From NCBI GenBank assembly GCA_023417985.1, contig JAEZDV010000011.1, positions 1-54,823 on the forward strand: a stretch of DNA of 54,823 nt, in the 5' to 3' direction. Source of the DNA: Actinomycetes bacterium. Lineage in GTDB: Bacteria > Actinomycetota > Actinomycetes > Mycobacteriales > Mycobacteriaceae. Shown here piece by piece: positions 41,959 to 51,162 of the stretch. The notes beneath the pieces were generated by a model. It worked only from the letters and a program-made list of their open reading frames with translations, made no database searches and had not been told where the DNA came from. Position 1 is the first letter of the stretch. Every line of letters begins with the position of its first letter. Made by a program: the position numbers and the translations under genes.

Positions 41959-44205
41959 GTGAGTATCGAACATCCGATCGGCAGCTTCGCCGATATCCCG
42001 CTGGCGGACCCCGCGGCACAGGCAGATCCCGCTCCGACCCGGGAACAGGCCGACGCGCTCGTCGAGTCCGTCGCCGCCGCCAATCTGTACACCAAGGACC
42101 AGGTCGTGTGGTCCACGCCCGAGGGCATCGATGTCAAGCCCGTCTACACCCGCGCCGACCGCGACGCCGTGGTCGCCGAGGGCTACCCGCTCGACAGCTA
42201 CCCCGGGATCGCTCCCTTCGTGCGCGGCCCCTACCCGACGATGTACGTCAACCAGCCGTGGACCATCCGTCAGTACGCCGGGTTCTCCACCGCGGCGGAG
42301 TCCAACGCGTTCTACCGTCGCAACCTCGCGGCCGGCCAGAAGGGCCTTTCGGTCGCCTTCGACCTTGCGACGCACCGCGGTTACGACTCCGACCACCCGC
42401 GCGTTCAAGGTGATGTCGGCATGGCCGGTGTGGCCATCGATTCGATCCTCGACATGCGTCAGTTGTTCGACGGCATCGACCTGTCGCAGGTGTCGGTTTC
42501 GATGACCATGAACGGCGCGGTGCTCCCGATCCTCGCGCTCTACGTCGTGGCGGCGGAAGAACAGGGCGTCAAGCCCGAACAGCTCGCCGGAACCATTCAG
42601 AACGACATTCTGAAAGAGTTCATGGTCCGCAACACCTACATCTACCCCCCGAAGCCGTCGATGCGGATCATCTCCGACATCTTCTCGTACACCAGCGCGA
42701 AGATGCCGAAGTTCAACTCGATCTCGATCTCCGGCTACCACATCCAGGAAGCCGGCGCGACGGCCGATCTGGAGCTGGCGTACACGCTCGCCGACGGTGT
42801 CGAGTACATCCGGGCGGGCCTGGACGCGGGCATGGCCATCGACAAGTTCGCTCCGCGGTTGTCGTTCTTCTGGGCCATCGGGATGAACTTCTTCATGGAG
42901 GTGGCGAAGCTCCGCGCGGGTCGTCTGCTCTGGGCCGAGCTGGTCGAGAAGTTCGAACCGAAGTCCGCCAAGTCGTTGTCGCTGCGTACCCATTCGCAGA
43001 CCTCGGGATGGTCGCTGACCGCGCAGGACGTGTTCAACAACGTCGCACGCACCTGCGTCGAGGCGATGGCCGCGACGCAGGGACACACCCAGTCGCTGCA
43101 CACCAACGCACTCGACGAGGCGATCGCGCTGCCGACCGACTTCTCGGCCCGCATCGCCCGCAACACCCAGCTGCTGCTGCAGCAGGAGTCGGGGACCACC
43201 CGGCCCATCGACCCCTGGGGTGGCTCGCACTACGTCGAGTGGCTCACCCATGAGCTCGCCAACCGGGCCCGCGCGCACATCGCGGAGGTCGAGGAAGCCG
43301 GCGGCATGGCACAGGCAATCTCCGAAGGCATCCCGAAGCTGCGCATCGAGGAGGCAGCGGCGCGCACCCAGGCCCGCATCGACTCCGGCCGTCAGCCGTT
43401 GATCGGCGTGAACAAGTACGTGCCCGACGAGGTCGACACCATCGAGGTGCTCAAGGTCGAGAACTCGAAGGTGCGTGCCGAGCAGATCGCAAAGCTCCAG
43501 CAGCTTCGCGGTGATCGTGACGAGGCGGCTACGCAGGCCGCACTCGCCGAACTGACCCGGGCCGCCGCGGCCACCGAGGGTGGCATGGAGAACAACCTGC
43601 TGGCTCTCGCCATCGACGCGGCCCGCGCCAAGGCGACGGTCGGAGAGATCTCCGACGCTCTCGAGAAGGTCTACGGGCGGCACCAGGCCGAGATCCGCAC
43701 GATCAGCGGCGTGTACCGCGACGAGGCCGGAAAGGCGACGAATATTTCCAACGCAACGGAACTCGTCGAGAAGTTCGCGGAGGAGGAGGGCCGCCGACCG
43801 CGTATCCTCGTCGCGAAGATGGGGCAGGACGGCCACGACCGCGGACAGAAGGTGATCTCCACCGCCTTCGCCGACCTCGGCTTCGACGTGGACGTCGGAC
43901 CGCTGTTCCAGACCCCCGAAGAGGTCGCCCAGCAGGCGGCCGACAACGACGTGCACGTCATCGGTGTGTCGTCGTTGGCCGCGGGTCACCTCACGCTGGT
44001 TCCTGCGCTCAAGCAGGCGCTGGCAGAGGTGGGCCGCGAGGACATCATGATCGTGGTGGGCGGCGTCATCCCGCCGGGCGATTTCGATGAGCTCTACCAG
44101 GCAGGGGCTGCGGCGATCTTCCCGCCGGGCACCGTGATCGCCGACGCGGCCGCCGGACTGCTCACCAAGCTGGCGGCCCAGCTCGGCCACCCCGCACAGG
44201 GATAG
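41959..44205 (+). CDS. mutB: Methylmalonyl-CoA mutase large (B12-binding) subunit
   Basis: [26 protein letters not shown] cobalamin motif, GVSSLAAGH. Confidence 0.98.
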   Translation: MSIEHPIGSFADIPLADPAAQADPAPTREQADALVESVAAANLYTKDQVVWSTPEGIDVKPVYTRADRDAVVAEGYPLDSYPGIAPFVRGPYPTMYVNQPWTIRQYAGFSTAAESNAFYRRNLAAGQKGLSVAFDLATHRGYDSDHPRVQGDVGMAGVAIDSILDMRQLFDGIDLSQVSVSMTMNGAVLPILALYVVAAEEQGVKPEQLAGTIQNDILKEFMVRNTYIYPPKPSMRIISDIFSYTSAKMPKFNSISISGYHIQEAGATADLELAYTLADGVEYIRAGLDAGMAIDKFAPRLSFFWAIGMNFFMEVAKLRAGRLLWAELVEKFEPKSAKSLSLRTHSQTSGWSLTAQDVFNNVARTCVEAMAATQGHTQSLHTNALDEAIALPTDFSARIARNTQLLLQQESGTTRPIDPWGGSHYVEWLTHELANRARAHIAEVEEAGGMAQAISEGIPKLRIEEAAARTQARIDSGRQPLIGVNKYVPDEVDTIEVLKVENSKVRAEQIAKLQQLRGDRDEAATQAALAELTRAAAATEGGMENNLLALAIDAARAKATVGEISDALEKVYGRHQAEIRTISGVYRDEAGKATNISNATELVEKFAEEEGRRPRILVAKMGQDGHDRGQKVISTAFADLGFDVDVGPLFQTPEEVAQQAADNDVHVIGVSSLAAGHLTLVPALKQALAEVGREDIMIVVGGVIPPGDFDELYQAGAAAIFPPGTVIADAAAGLLTKLAAQLGHPAQG

Positions 44206-44212
44206 ATCGGGC

Positions 44213-45265
44213 ATGGGCAGACCTCCGGTCGATACGGACGCTCTGGCCGACGCCGTGCTCGCGGGACAGCGAGCGGGGTTGGCCAAGGCGATCACCCTGG
44301 TCGAGTCCACCCGCGATGATCACCGGGAGCAGGCTCAGCAGTTGCTGCTGCGCCTGCTCCCGGAGGCGGGCGGCGCGATTCGCGTGGGCATCACCGGCGT
44401 CCCCGGCGTCGGCAAATCGACGTTCATCGACAACCTCGGGATGTATCTGCTGGCGCGGGGACACAAGGTTGCAGTCCTCGCCGTCGATCCGTCGTCGACC
44501 CGCACCGGCGGATCGATTCTCGGTGACAAGACCCGAATGGCCCGGTTGTCCGTCGAACGCGACGCGTTCATCCGACCGTCTCCGACGGCGGGCACCCTCG
44601 GTGGGGTCGCCAAGGCCACCCGCGAGACCATGGTGCTGCTCGAGGCGGCCGGATTCGACGTCATCCTCGTCGAGACGGTCGGTGTCGGGCAGTCCGAGGT
44701 GACGGTCGCGAACATGGTGGATTGCTTCACCTTCCTGACTCTCGCCCGCACCGGCGACCAGTTGCAGGGCATCAAGAAGGGTGTGCTCGAACTCGCCGAC
44801 CTGGTCGCCGTCAACAAGGCCGACGGCAAGTTCGAGCGCGACGCCCGGGTCGCCGCTCGCGAACTCGCCGGGGCGATGCGCCTGGTGCACCCGCACGACG
44901 CGCTGTGGAAGCCGCCGGTCATCACGATGAGCGGCCTCGAAGGCAGTGGGCTGGACACCTTCTGGGACACCGTTCTCGAACATCGGCGTGTGCTCACCGA
45001 GGCGGGCCGCTTCGAGGAGAACCGTCGCCGGCAGCAGATCGACTGGACCTGGACGATGGTGCACGACCAGTTGCTGCGCCGACTCGAATCGGCGCCCCGC
45101 GTCAAGGCGATCCGCGGTGAGGTGGAGGCGGCGGTGCGCGACGGATCGCTCACCGCGGCTCTGGCCGCGCAACGCATCCTGGAGGCGTTCGACGGGGTCG
45201 ACGGGGTGTACGAGGCGACTGCCACCGAAGACGGGGAGCGGCCGGTCCACGGTGACCTCCGTTGA
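44213..45265 (+). CDS. meaB: Methylmalonyl-CoA mutase-associated GTPase
   Basis: GITGVPGVGKST, AVDPSS...GGSILGDKTRM, ETVGVGQSE, NKAD. Confidence 0.96.
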   Translation: MGRPPVDTDALADAVLAGQRAGLAKAITLVESTRDDHREQAQQLLLRLLPEAGGAIRVGITGVPGVGKSTFIDNLGMYLLARGHKVAVLAVDPSSTRTGGSILGDKTRMARLSVERDAFIRPSPTAGTLGGVAKATRETMVLLEAAGFDVILVETVGVGQSEVTVANMVDCFTFLTLARTGDQLQGIKKGVLELADLVAVNKADGKFERDARVAARELAGAMRLVHPHDALWKPPVITMSGLEGSGLDTFWDTVLEHRRVLTEAGRFEENRRRQQIDWTWTMVHDQLLRRLESAPRVKAIRGEVEAAVRDGSLTAALAAQRILEAFDGVDGVYEATATEDGERPVHGDLR

Positions 45266-45975
45266 GCCGTAGTGCGACCGGGATCGCCGCGTTCGCAGCG
45301 TTCACCGGCGTCACGGCAGTGCACCTCGTCGCTCAGCTCATCGATCCGGACTCCGTGGTCACAGACTCCACGCAGTGGCTGCTCATGCCGCTGCTCGCGC
45401 TCGGCCTGGCGGCCTACACCGCGCCACGGCGCGACCGGTTGGTGAATCTGACTCTGCTGGCGCTGGCGTTCTCGTGGCTCGGCGACGCCACGCCGGACCT
45501 GTTCGACGGCGACGCCGCGTTCCTCGTGCTGATCGGGTTCTTCCTGTGCGCCCAGATCACGTACATCGCGGCGTTCCTGCCCTATCGCGAACGCAGCGTG
45601 CTCCACACGAAACGGTGGGTCCTCGCGCTGTATGCGGCGGCGGTGGTCGTCCTGGTTGCGGTCTGTGCGCCGGGCGCCGGTGTACTCACCGCCGCGGTCG
45701 TGATCTACGGCCTGTGCATCGCCACAATGGCGGTACTCGCCAGCGGAGTGTCGCGGACCGTCGCCTGGGGCGCGGTCGTTTTCGTGATCTCGGACTCACT
45801 GATCGCGCTGAATGCCTTCGTCGACGGATTCTCGCTGCCCGCCACGGGTTTCTGGATCATGCTCACCTACATCTGCGCACAAGCGCTCATCGCCGGTGGG
45901 GTCTTCACCCGGAGCGGCACCGCACGCGACGGTGGGGACCGCGAAGGGTCCGATCACACCGCCGACGCAGCATGA
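45262..45975 (+). CDS. YhhN family membrane protein (lysoplasmalogenase-like)
   Basis: LLMPLL, ALAFSWLGD, GAVVFVISDSLIA, IMLTY..AQ. 4-bp overlap with meaB. Confidence 0.85.
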   Translation: MSRSATGIAAFAAFTGVTAVHLVAQLIDPDSVVTDSTQWLLMPLLALGLAAYTAPRRDRLVNLTLLALAFSWLGDATPDLFDGDAAFLVLIGFFLCAQITYIAAFLPYRERSVLHTKRWVLALYAAAVVVLVAVCAPGAGVLTAAVVIYGLCIATMAVLASGVSRTVAWGAVVFVISDSLIALNAFVDGFSLPATGFWIMLTYICAQALIAGGVFTRSGTARDGGDREGSDHTADAA

Positions 45976-46014
45976 TGCCCGCGTCGGCGGTTCCTGTCGA
46001 TCCCCGCGGTCTCG

Positions 46015-46434
46015 TCAGTCCGCTTTCTTGACCTCGATCTTCTTGGCGGACGAATCGGTGTCGCCGAGGCCCACGGAGACGGTCAGAATTCCCTGGGCGT
46101 ACGAGGCGTCGATGTCGTCGTCCTTGGCGCCGCGGGGGAGCGTCACGCTCCGCCGGTAGGAACCGTAGGTGAACTCGGAGTGCCCGTTGGACGTCTTCTT
46201 GTCGGTGCGTTCCGCGGAGATCTCGAGTCGCCCGTCGTTGACGGATACGTCGATGTCGTTGTCCGGATCGAGGCCGGGCATCTCGGCGCGCACGATGTAA
46301 CGGCCATCGGCGACTTCGTCTTCGACGCGGATGATGTTGTTGCCGAGGGTGGGCCGGAAACCGCCGATCGAGTCGAAGAAGTCGGACAGCTCGGGGAACG
46401 GATTCCAGGTGCGGCGTGCAGGAACATTCGACAT
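46015..46434 (-). CDS. Hsp20/alpha-crystallin small heat-shock protein
   Basis: RAEMPGLDP, SEFTYGSYRRSVTLP, ASYAQGILTV. AGGGAG RBS. Confidence 0.93.
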   Translation of the reverse strand: MSNVPARRTWNPFPELSDFFDSIGGFRPTLGNNIIRVEDEVADGRYIVRAEMPGLDPDNDIDVSVNDGRLEISAERTDKKTSNGHSEFTYGSYRRSVTLPRGAKDDDIDASYAQGILTVSVGLGDTDSSAKKIEVKKAD

Positions 46435-46527
46435 GGCGTCTCCCTGAGGTGATAGTCGTCTGTGGCGCCGTCCGGGTACGGGCAATTCGCCCGAAAGCGG
46501 CGACCGCTGTTGTGGTGCAGGAGAATT

Positions 46528-46548
46528 CGGGTGTGCTTTCGACTCAAG
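46528..46548 (-). promoter_or_regulatory. HAIR-like (HspR) operator
   Basis: Minus strand CTTGAGT-N7-ACACCCG versus HAIR consensus CTTGAGT-N7-ACTCAAG: one perfect half and one 4/7 half. Confidence 0.55.
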
Positions 46549-46617
46549 GTAGTCCACCGAGGCGGGCCTCGAGGCGTGTATCGGGCGATCCGCAGCCCGC
46601 CGTCGCGCCCGTGGACC

Positions 46618-47034
46618 TCACCGTGCCGGGCCGGGGCGTGCCGTCCAGGCTGCTGCGATGCGTGCAGTGTCGTCGTGGCGCACCGGGTCGGTGACGACGA
46701 TCAGGTTGTGGTCGTGGTCGCTGTACTGGACGACAATGTTGATCGCTTCGTCCGCCAGGCGCCGGGTGAAGGCACCCAACTGCCCGGGCCGGTCCTGATC
46801 GAGGGCGACCATCACCACGGGGTGGATCGTCACCGGGCCGAGTCCTGCTGCATCGAGCGCGCGCGTCGCAGCCTCGGCGTCGGCGACGAGGAAATGCGCG
46901 ATCGCCGTGTCGCGGAAGGTGAACACTCCGCCGCCTTCGAGACTCACCCCGGCTCTGCCCAGAACCTCGCCGAGATGTGCAAGGGCACCGGGCTCGTGGG
47001 GGAGCGCAACCTCGATGTCGCGGAGGGCGCTCAT
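46618..47034 (-). CDS. Tandem ACT domain protein
   Basis: LPHEPGALAHLGEVLGRAGVSL and LDQDRPGQLGAFTRRLADEAINI. ATGA overlap with the OsmC gene. Confidence 0.85.
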   Translation of the reverse strand: MSALRDIEVALPHEPGALAHLGEVLGRAGVSLEGGGVFTFRDTAIAHFLVADAEAATRALDAAGLGPVTIHPVVMVALDQDRPGQLGAFTRRLADEAINIVVQYSDHDHNLIVVTDPVRHDDTARIAAAWTARPGPAR

Positions 47035-47489
47035 GCGTCGATCACCGTCACCTCGACCTGAACGGGGCATTTCAGCGTGTTCGCGATGTAGCACCCGCGG
47101 TGCGCGGCGGCGGCAGCCACGCGGACCTTCTCGTGGTCGGTGCCCGCCGCGACACGCACCACCGGTGCGAGCCGGATTTCGACGATCCGCGGAGACGCGC
47201 TCCCCGTATCGAGCACCGCTGTGGCGGCGTCCTCGTAGGCGCGCACGTCGATGCCGGACCGAGCGGCAACCGCGAGAAACGACAGCAACTGGCAGGATGA
47301 GGCGGCAGTGACCAGGAGCTGCTCGGGGTCCAGCAGGTCCGCGTCCCCGCGGAACACCGGATCAGCGCTGAGAGAGAGTTGCTGGGCTGCAGGTGGAGCG
47401 GTGGCGGTGTGAGTGCGTGAATACCCGCCGTACCCGGAGCCTGTGGTGCCGTGCCACTCGAGTCGAGCGCTGTAGTGGTGTCGAGTCAT
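47031..47489 (-). CDS. OsmC/Ohr family protein
   Basis: SADPVFRGD...DPEQLL..AASSC and AHRGCYIANTL, two conserved Cys. Confidence 0.9.
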   Translation of the reverse strand: MTRHHYSARLEWHGTTGSGYGGYSRTHTATAPPAAQQLSLSADPVFRGDADLLDPEQLLVTAASSCQLLSFLAVAARSGIDVRAYEDAATAVLDTGSASPRIVEIRLAPVVRVAAGTDHEKVRVAAAAAHRGCYIANTLKCPVQVEVTVIDA

Positions 47490-47513
47490 GTCGGCACCGT
47501 ATCCCCGCAAAGT

Positions 47514-47529
47514 TTCGGTGTGCGCCGAA
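47514..47529. promoter_or_regulatory. Inverted repeat, candidate ArsR operator
   Basis: TTCGG-TGTGCG-CCGAA in the 61-bp divergent gap. TACATT -10-like at 47542-47547. Confidence 0.6.
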
Positions 47530-47550
47530 CTGTTGCCGTCCTACATTCGT

Positions 47551-48249
47551 GTGGTGAACAAGGACTTCTCGGTGATCGGTCACGCCCTGTCGGCATCCGC
47601 ACGGTCCGTCGTACTGAATTCGCTCATGGACGGATCGAGTCGGCCGGCGTCCGAATTGGCTGCGGCCGCACAGGTGAGCGCATCGACGGCGAGCGAACAT
47701 CTGGCCGTTCTGTGCGAGGCCGGTCTCGTCGTCGCAACAGCGCGTGGCCGCCAGCGCTTCTATCGTCTCGCCGGCCCTTCGGTCGCGGCTGCCCTCGAAC
47801 AACTCGGTCACCTGTGCCCGTCCGCGCCAGTGGTGTCGTACCGGCAATCTCGGCAAGCCCGGGACCTTGCGCAGGCACGACTGTGTTACGACCACCTCGC
47901 CGGGCGTCTCGGCGTGGCGCTGACCGACGAAATGATCCGGCGCGGCTGGTTACGCGAGGAGAGTGGCTTCGAGGCGACCGACGACGGGTTGCACCGGCTC
48001 GGCAGGATCGGCCTCGACCTCACAGCGGGTTCGTCGTCCCGTCGGCCGCTCTGCCGCGCATGTCCCGACTGGACCGAGCGGCGTCCACATCTCGCAGGCC
48101 GGCTCGGTGCGCTCCTGGCGGGCCACGCTCTCGACGCCGGCTGGGTCCGGCCCGCACGCCGCGGTCGTGGCCTGACCGTGACTCCCTTGGGCCGGGAAGC
48201 ATTCCGAAAGCACTGGTCTCTCGACAGCGACATGTTCCTACCAGGCTGA
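47551..48249 (+). CDS. ArsR/SmtB family regulator with extended C-terminal domain
   Basis: ASELAAAAQVSASTASEHLAVL, GRQRFYRLA, ARLCYDHLAGRLGV, CRACPDWTERRPHLAG. Start 47551 or 47554, probably leaderless. Confidence 0.9.
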   Translation: MVNKDFSVIGHALSASARSVVLNSLMDGSSRPASELAAAAQVSASTASEHLAVLCEAGLVVATARGRQRFYRLAGPSVAAALEQLGHLCPSAPVVSYRQSRQARDLAQARLCYDHLAGRLGVALTDEMIRRGWLREESGFEATDDGLHRLGRIGLDLTAGSSSRRPLCRACPDWTERRPHLAGRLGALLAGHALDAGWVRPARRGRGLTVTPLGREAFRKHWSLDSDMFLPG

Positions 48250-48286
48250 GTGGGCGGTCGACGAGGCTCGTCCGACGAGCACCGAG

Positions 48287-48862
48287 CTACAACCCGAGCA
48301 GCGATTTCGCGGCCTGGACGGCGGCGGGCCCGCTCAACATGGGCTGTGCGCCGCGACCCCCGACGGTCATCGACACCGACACCTGAGGCAGTTCGACTTT
48401 CGTCGCCGCGTAGGCAGTCCCGGCGGTGGAGACCGACATGCTGTACGCGAGCCCACCCAGGGACTCGATTCGAGCGTCCGGAATCATCGCCAGTCCTGTG
48501 GTAGGAGCGGAGGCGGCCGCCACCACGCCGTTCCCCGGTTCGACCCGGATCTCGACGGCGCGGGATCCGGGCGAGTCGGTGCTCGCCCAGGTGCAGTACA
48601 CGCCGGACGAGTCGAATCTTTCGGACGGTGACGACACGAGCCCGGTGACATAGGGGGCTATCGTCGCGCCGATGGCCGCACAGTCTGTGAAACGGGCACG
48701 GACTGCAGCGACGTAATCCGGGTTGTTCGCGGAAGAACCCGGCGCGGTGAGGTCACCGGGCTCCCCGGCATCGGCCACTGGGGGGCCGGACGAACACGCC
48801 CCGACGACGAGTGCGGCAGCAACGAGAACAGGAACGGCAATGTGTATCCGGTTCTGCATCAC
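48287..48862 (-). CDS. Putative lipoprotein
   Basis: Hydrophobic stretch ending in lipobox-like VVGAC-SS. Two further Cys (TDC, YCTW). Confidence 0.75.
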   Translation of the reverse strand: MMQNRIHIAVPVLVAAALVVGACSSGPPVADAGEPGDLTAPGSSANNPDYVAAVRARFTDCAAIGATIAPYVTGLVSSPSERFDSSGVYCTWASTDSPGSRAVEIRVEPGNGVVAAASAPTTGLAMIPDARIESLGGLAYSMSVSTAGTAYAATKVELPQVSVSMTVGGRGAQPMLSGPAAVQAAKSLLGL

Positions 48863-48919
48863 GCCGGGATAGTAGCGGGTAATCCGCCGCAGAGGGAGAG
48901 ATGCGGCGCGGAGCGGAAA

Positions 48920-49891
48920 TTACCGGCCGAGGTCACGGCGCGGATCTTCCGGAGTGTCGGCGGCGGGGTCCCGCAGGGGGACCGGCTCGAGCGCGACGAG
49001 AGGCGGCAGAGCCCCGGTGGCTTCGGCCGGGGTGAGGCGGGAGCGCTTCCAGGACACCGCCAGCAACGCACCCCACGCGCACACGATCACGCACGAGAGC
49101 GAGGTCGACACGACTCTGTCCGCACCGAAGGCGTCGAAGAGCTTCTGGGCGTTGGTGAGGACGATGAGCCCGCCGACCGCGGTGCCGAGCAGGGTGGCCG
49201 GTATCCGGCTGACCAACCATGCGGCGAACGGCGCTGCGAGGGCACCTCCGAAAGCGAGACCCGCGACCACGAGCAGGTTTCCGAGGGATTCGTGCCCGAG
49301 TCCGATGAGGAAACCCACGCTCGCCGAGACGGCCACGAGAAACTCTGAGGCGCTCACCGATCCGATCACCGTGCGTGGCGCCGTCTTCCCCCGCGAGAGC
49401 AATGTGCTGGTGGTGATCGGGCCCCAGCCGCCGCCACCGCTCGCGTCGATGAAGCCGCCGAACAGGCCGAGCGGTGAGAGGAACTTGGCGGTGTGCGGTG
49501 ACGTCCGTGCGTGCGCGACGGCCGGCGGCCGGACGGAGAACCGGAGCGCGACATAAACGCCGATGGCCAGGAGGATCGCGGCGGTCACGGGTGCGGCTGC
49601 TTCGGTGGACAGGCTGGAGAGCACCGTCGCCCCGAGGAACGCACCGATCGCACCGGGCACACCGAGTCGCAGCACGACTTTCCAGTCGATGTTGCGGAAC
49701 TTCCAGTGCGACGCGCCGGAGACGAGCGTCGTCCCGACTTCGGCCAGGTGGACCGCGGCGCTGGCGTGGGCGGCGCCGATACCGCTGAAGATCAGCAGGG
49801 TGGTCGCGGTGACGCCGAATGCCATGCCGAGGGCGCCGTCGACGAGCTGGGCGCCGACACCGACCAATGTGAATACGAGCAGATTGAACAT
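48920..49891 (-). CDS. TauE/SafE family (TSUP) sulfur-compound transporter
   Basis: GAQLVDGALGMAFGVT, ASAAVHLAEVGTT, GGFIDASGGGGWGP, IGSVSASEF. Confidence 0.9.
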   Translation of the reverse strand: MFNLLVFTLVGVGAQLVDGALGMAFGVTATTLLIFSGIGAAHASAAVHLAEVGTTLVSGASHWKFRNIDWKVVLRLGVPGAIGAFLGATVLSSLSTEAAAPVTAAILLAIGVYVALRFSVRPPAVAHARTSPHTAKFLSPLGLFGGFIDASGGGGWGPITTSTLLSRGKTAPRTVIGSVSASEFLVAVSASVGFLIGLGHESLGNLLVVAGLAFGGALAAPFAAWLVSRIPATLLGTAVGGLIVLTNAQKLFDAFGADRVVSTSLSCVIVCAWGALLAVSWKRSRLTPAEATGALPPLVALEPVPLRDPAADTPEDPRRDLGR

Positions 49892-49917
49892 GAGCAGAGC
49901 TCCGAAGTCCGAAAGTG

Positions 49918-49966
49918 ACCGAGCTGCGCTCGGTGAGGGGAACCGGAAAGAGCGGGTGAACCGCTC
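49918..49966 (-). terminator. Attenuator-like hairpins between leader peptide and tauE
   Basis: Minus strand GAGCGG-TTCAC-CCGCTC then TTT (49966-49947), overlapping the leader stop. Second hairpin ACCGAGC-GCA-GCTCGGT (49934-49918). Confidence 0.55.
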
Positions 49967-50033
49967 AGCAACAGACCTCGGTGCAACACAGGCAATCGAA
50001 GCACGCGTGGCGACGCGTGGGCCAGAACGGCAT
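49965..50033 (-). CDS. Cys-rich leader peptide (22 aa)
   Basis: MPFWPTRRHACFDCLCCTEVCC*, 6 Cys in the last 12 codons, 73 nt upstream of the TauE gene. Start could be an in-frame GTG 4 codons earlier. Confidence 0.7.
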   Translation of the reverse strand: MPFWPTRRHACFDCLCCTEVCC

Positions 50034-50311
50034 GAGAGCAAGCACGGTGGCGGGAGCCGCCTCGATGCTCGTCGCGTGCACGGTGCCGTCCTCGTACGTC
50101 GTCGATGTCACCGCACCGCGCGGCGACCGACCGAGCATAACGCGTTGCAGCGGCTGCGCACCTGTGACCGCAAGATCTCGTGTGAGCACATGGCCGTGCG
50201 TAACGTGCCTCCAACTGTCTCACTGTGTGAGACGTGCCCTGGCTCACTCCGGCCGACGTGGCTTACTGAGCCCGATCAACGGGCTCATCGAACCGATGTG
50301 GAGGAATCGTC

Positions 50312-51148
50312 TTGAACGGATTCGACGGCAGAGTCGCGCTCGTGACCGGTGCGGCGAGAGGCCAGGGCCGCGCGCACGCGGTGGCCTTCGCCGACCGGGG
50401 AGCGGACGTCGTCCTGGTCGATCGCTGTGTGGACCGTGATGTCCTCACGTATCCGATGGCGACACCCGACGACCTCGCGGAAACCGCCCGCCTGGTCGAA
50501 GCGACCGGACGCCGCGCTCTCGTGGTGAAGGCCGACGTCGCCGATCGGGACGCGATGGACGCCGTCGCAGACGCTGCCCTCGCCGAGTTCGGCCGGATCG
50601 ACATCGCAGTCGCCAATGCCGGAGTGACCCTGATGGGGTCCGTGCAGCAGACCACGACTCCGCAGTGGGACGAGGTCATCGGTAGCAATCTCACCGGCGT
50701 CTTCAACACGATCGGCGCGGTGGCGCCCGGAATGATCGAACGCGGATACGGCCGCATCGTGACCGTGTCCTCCATGCTGGGGCGTCAGGGAGGCACCAAC
50801 ACCGCCGCCTACGCGGCGTCGAAATGGGGAGTGATCGGGCTGACCAAGAGTTCGGCACTCGATCTCGCTCGATACGGCATCACCGTCAATGCTGTCGCCC
50901 CCGGAAACATCAGCACTCCGATGATCCACAACGAGACCCTCTACGGCCACATGCGTCCGGACCTGGAAGCTCCGACGGCCGACGACGTCGAACCGGTCTT
51001 CCGCTCGCTGCACGTGCAGCCCGTGGCCTGGCTCGACGCCTTCGAGGTCACCCGCGCGGTGCTGTTCCTGGCGGCCGAGGACAGTGTTCACCTCAGCGGT
51101 GTCGTGATCCCGGTCGACGCCGGCAATGCCGCCCGGACCAGCAGCTGA
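50312..51148 (+). CDS. SDR oxidoreductase, mycofactocin-coupled type
   Basis: TGAARGQGRAHAV, D.C..........YPMATPDDLAET insertion typical of this subfamily, YAASK. GGAGG RBS and TTG start. Confidence 0.88.
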   Translation: MNGFDGRVALVTGAARGQGRAHAVAFADRGADVVLVDRCVDRDVLTYPMATPDDLAETARLVEATGRRALVVKADVADRDAMDAVADAALAEFGRIDIAVANAGVTLMGSVQQTTTPQWDEVIGSNLTGVFNTIGAVAPGMIERGYGRIVTVSSMLGRQGGTNTAAYAASKWGVIGLTKSSALDLARYGITVNAVAPGNISTPMIHNETLYGHMRPDLEAPTADDVEPVFRSLHVQPVAWLDAFEVTRAVLFLAAEDSVHLSGVVIPVDAGNAARTSS

Positions 51149-51162
51149 CCGATAGCCGACCG

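Noticed and set aside
40075..44310. 1411-aa minus-strand ORF
   Set aside because: Antisense shadow of mutA-mutB, same cause.
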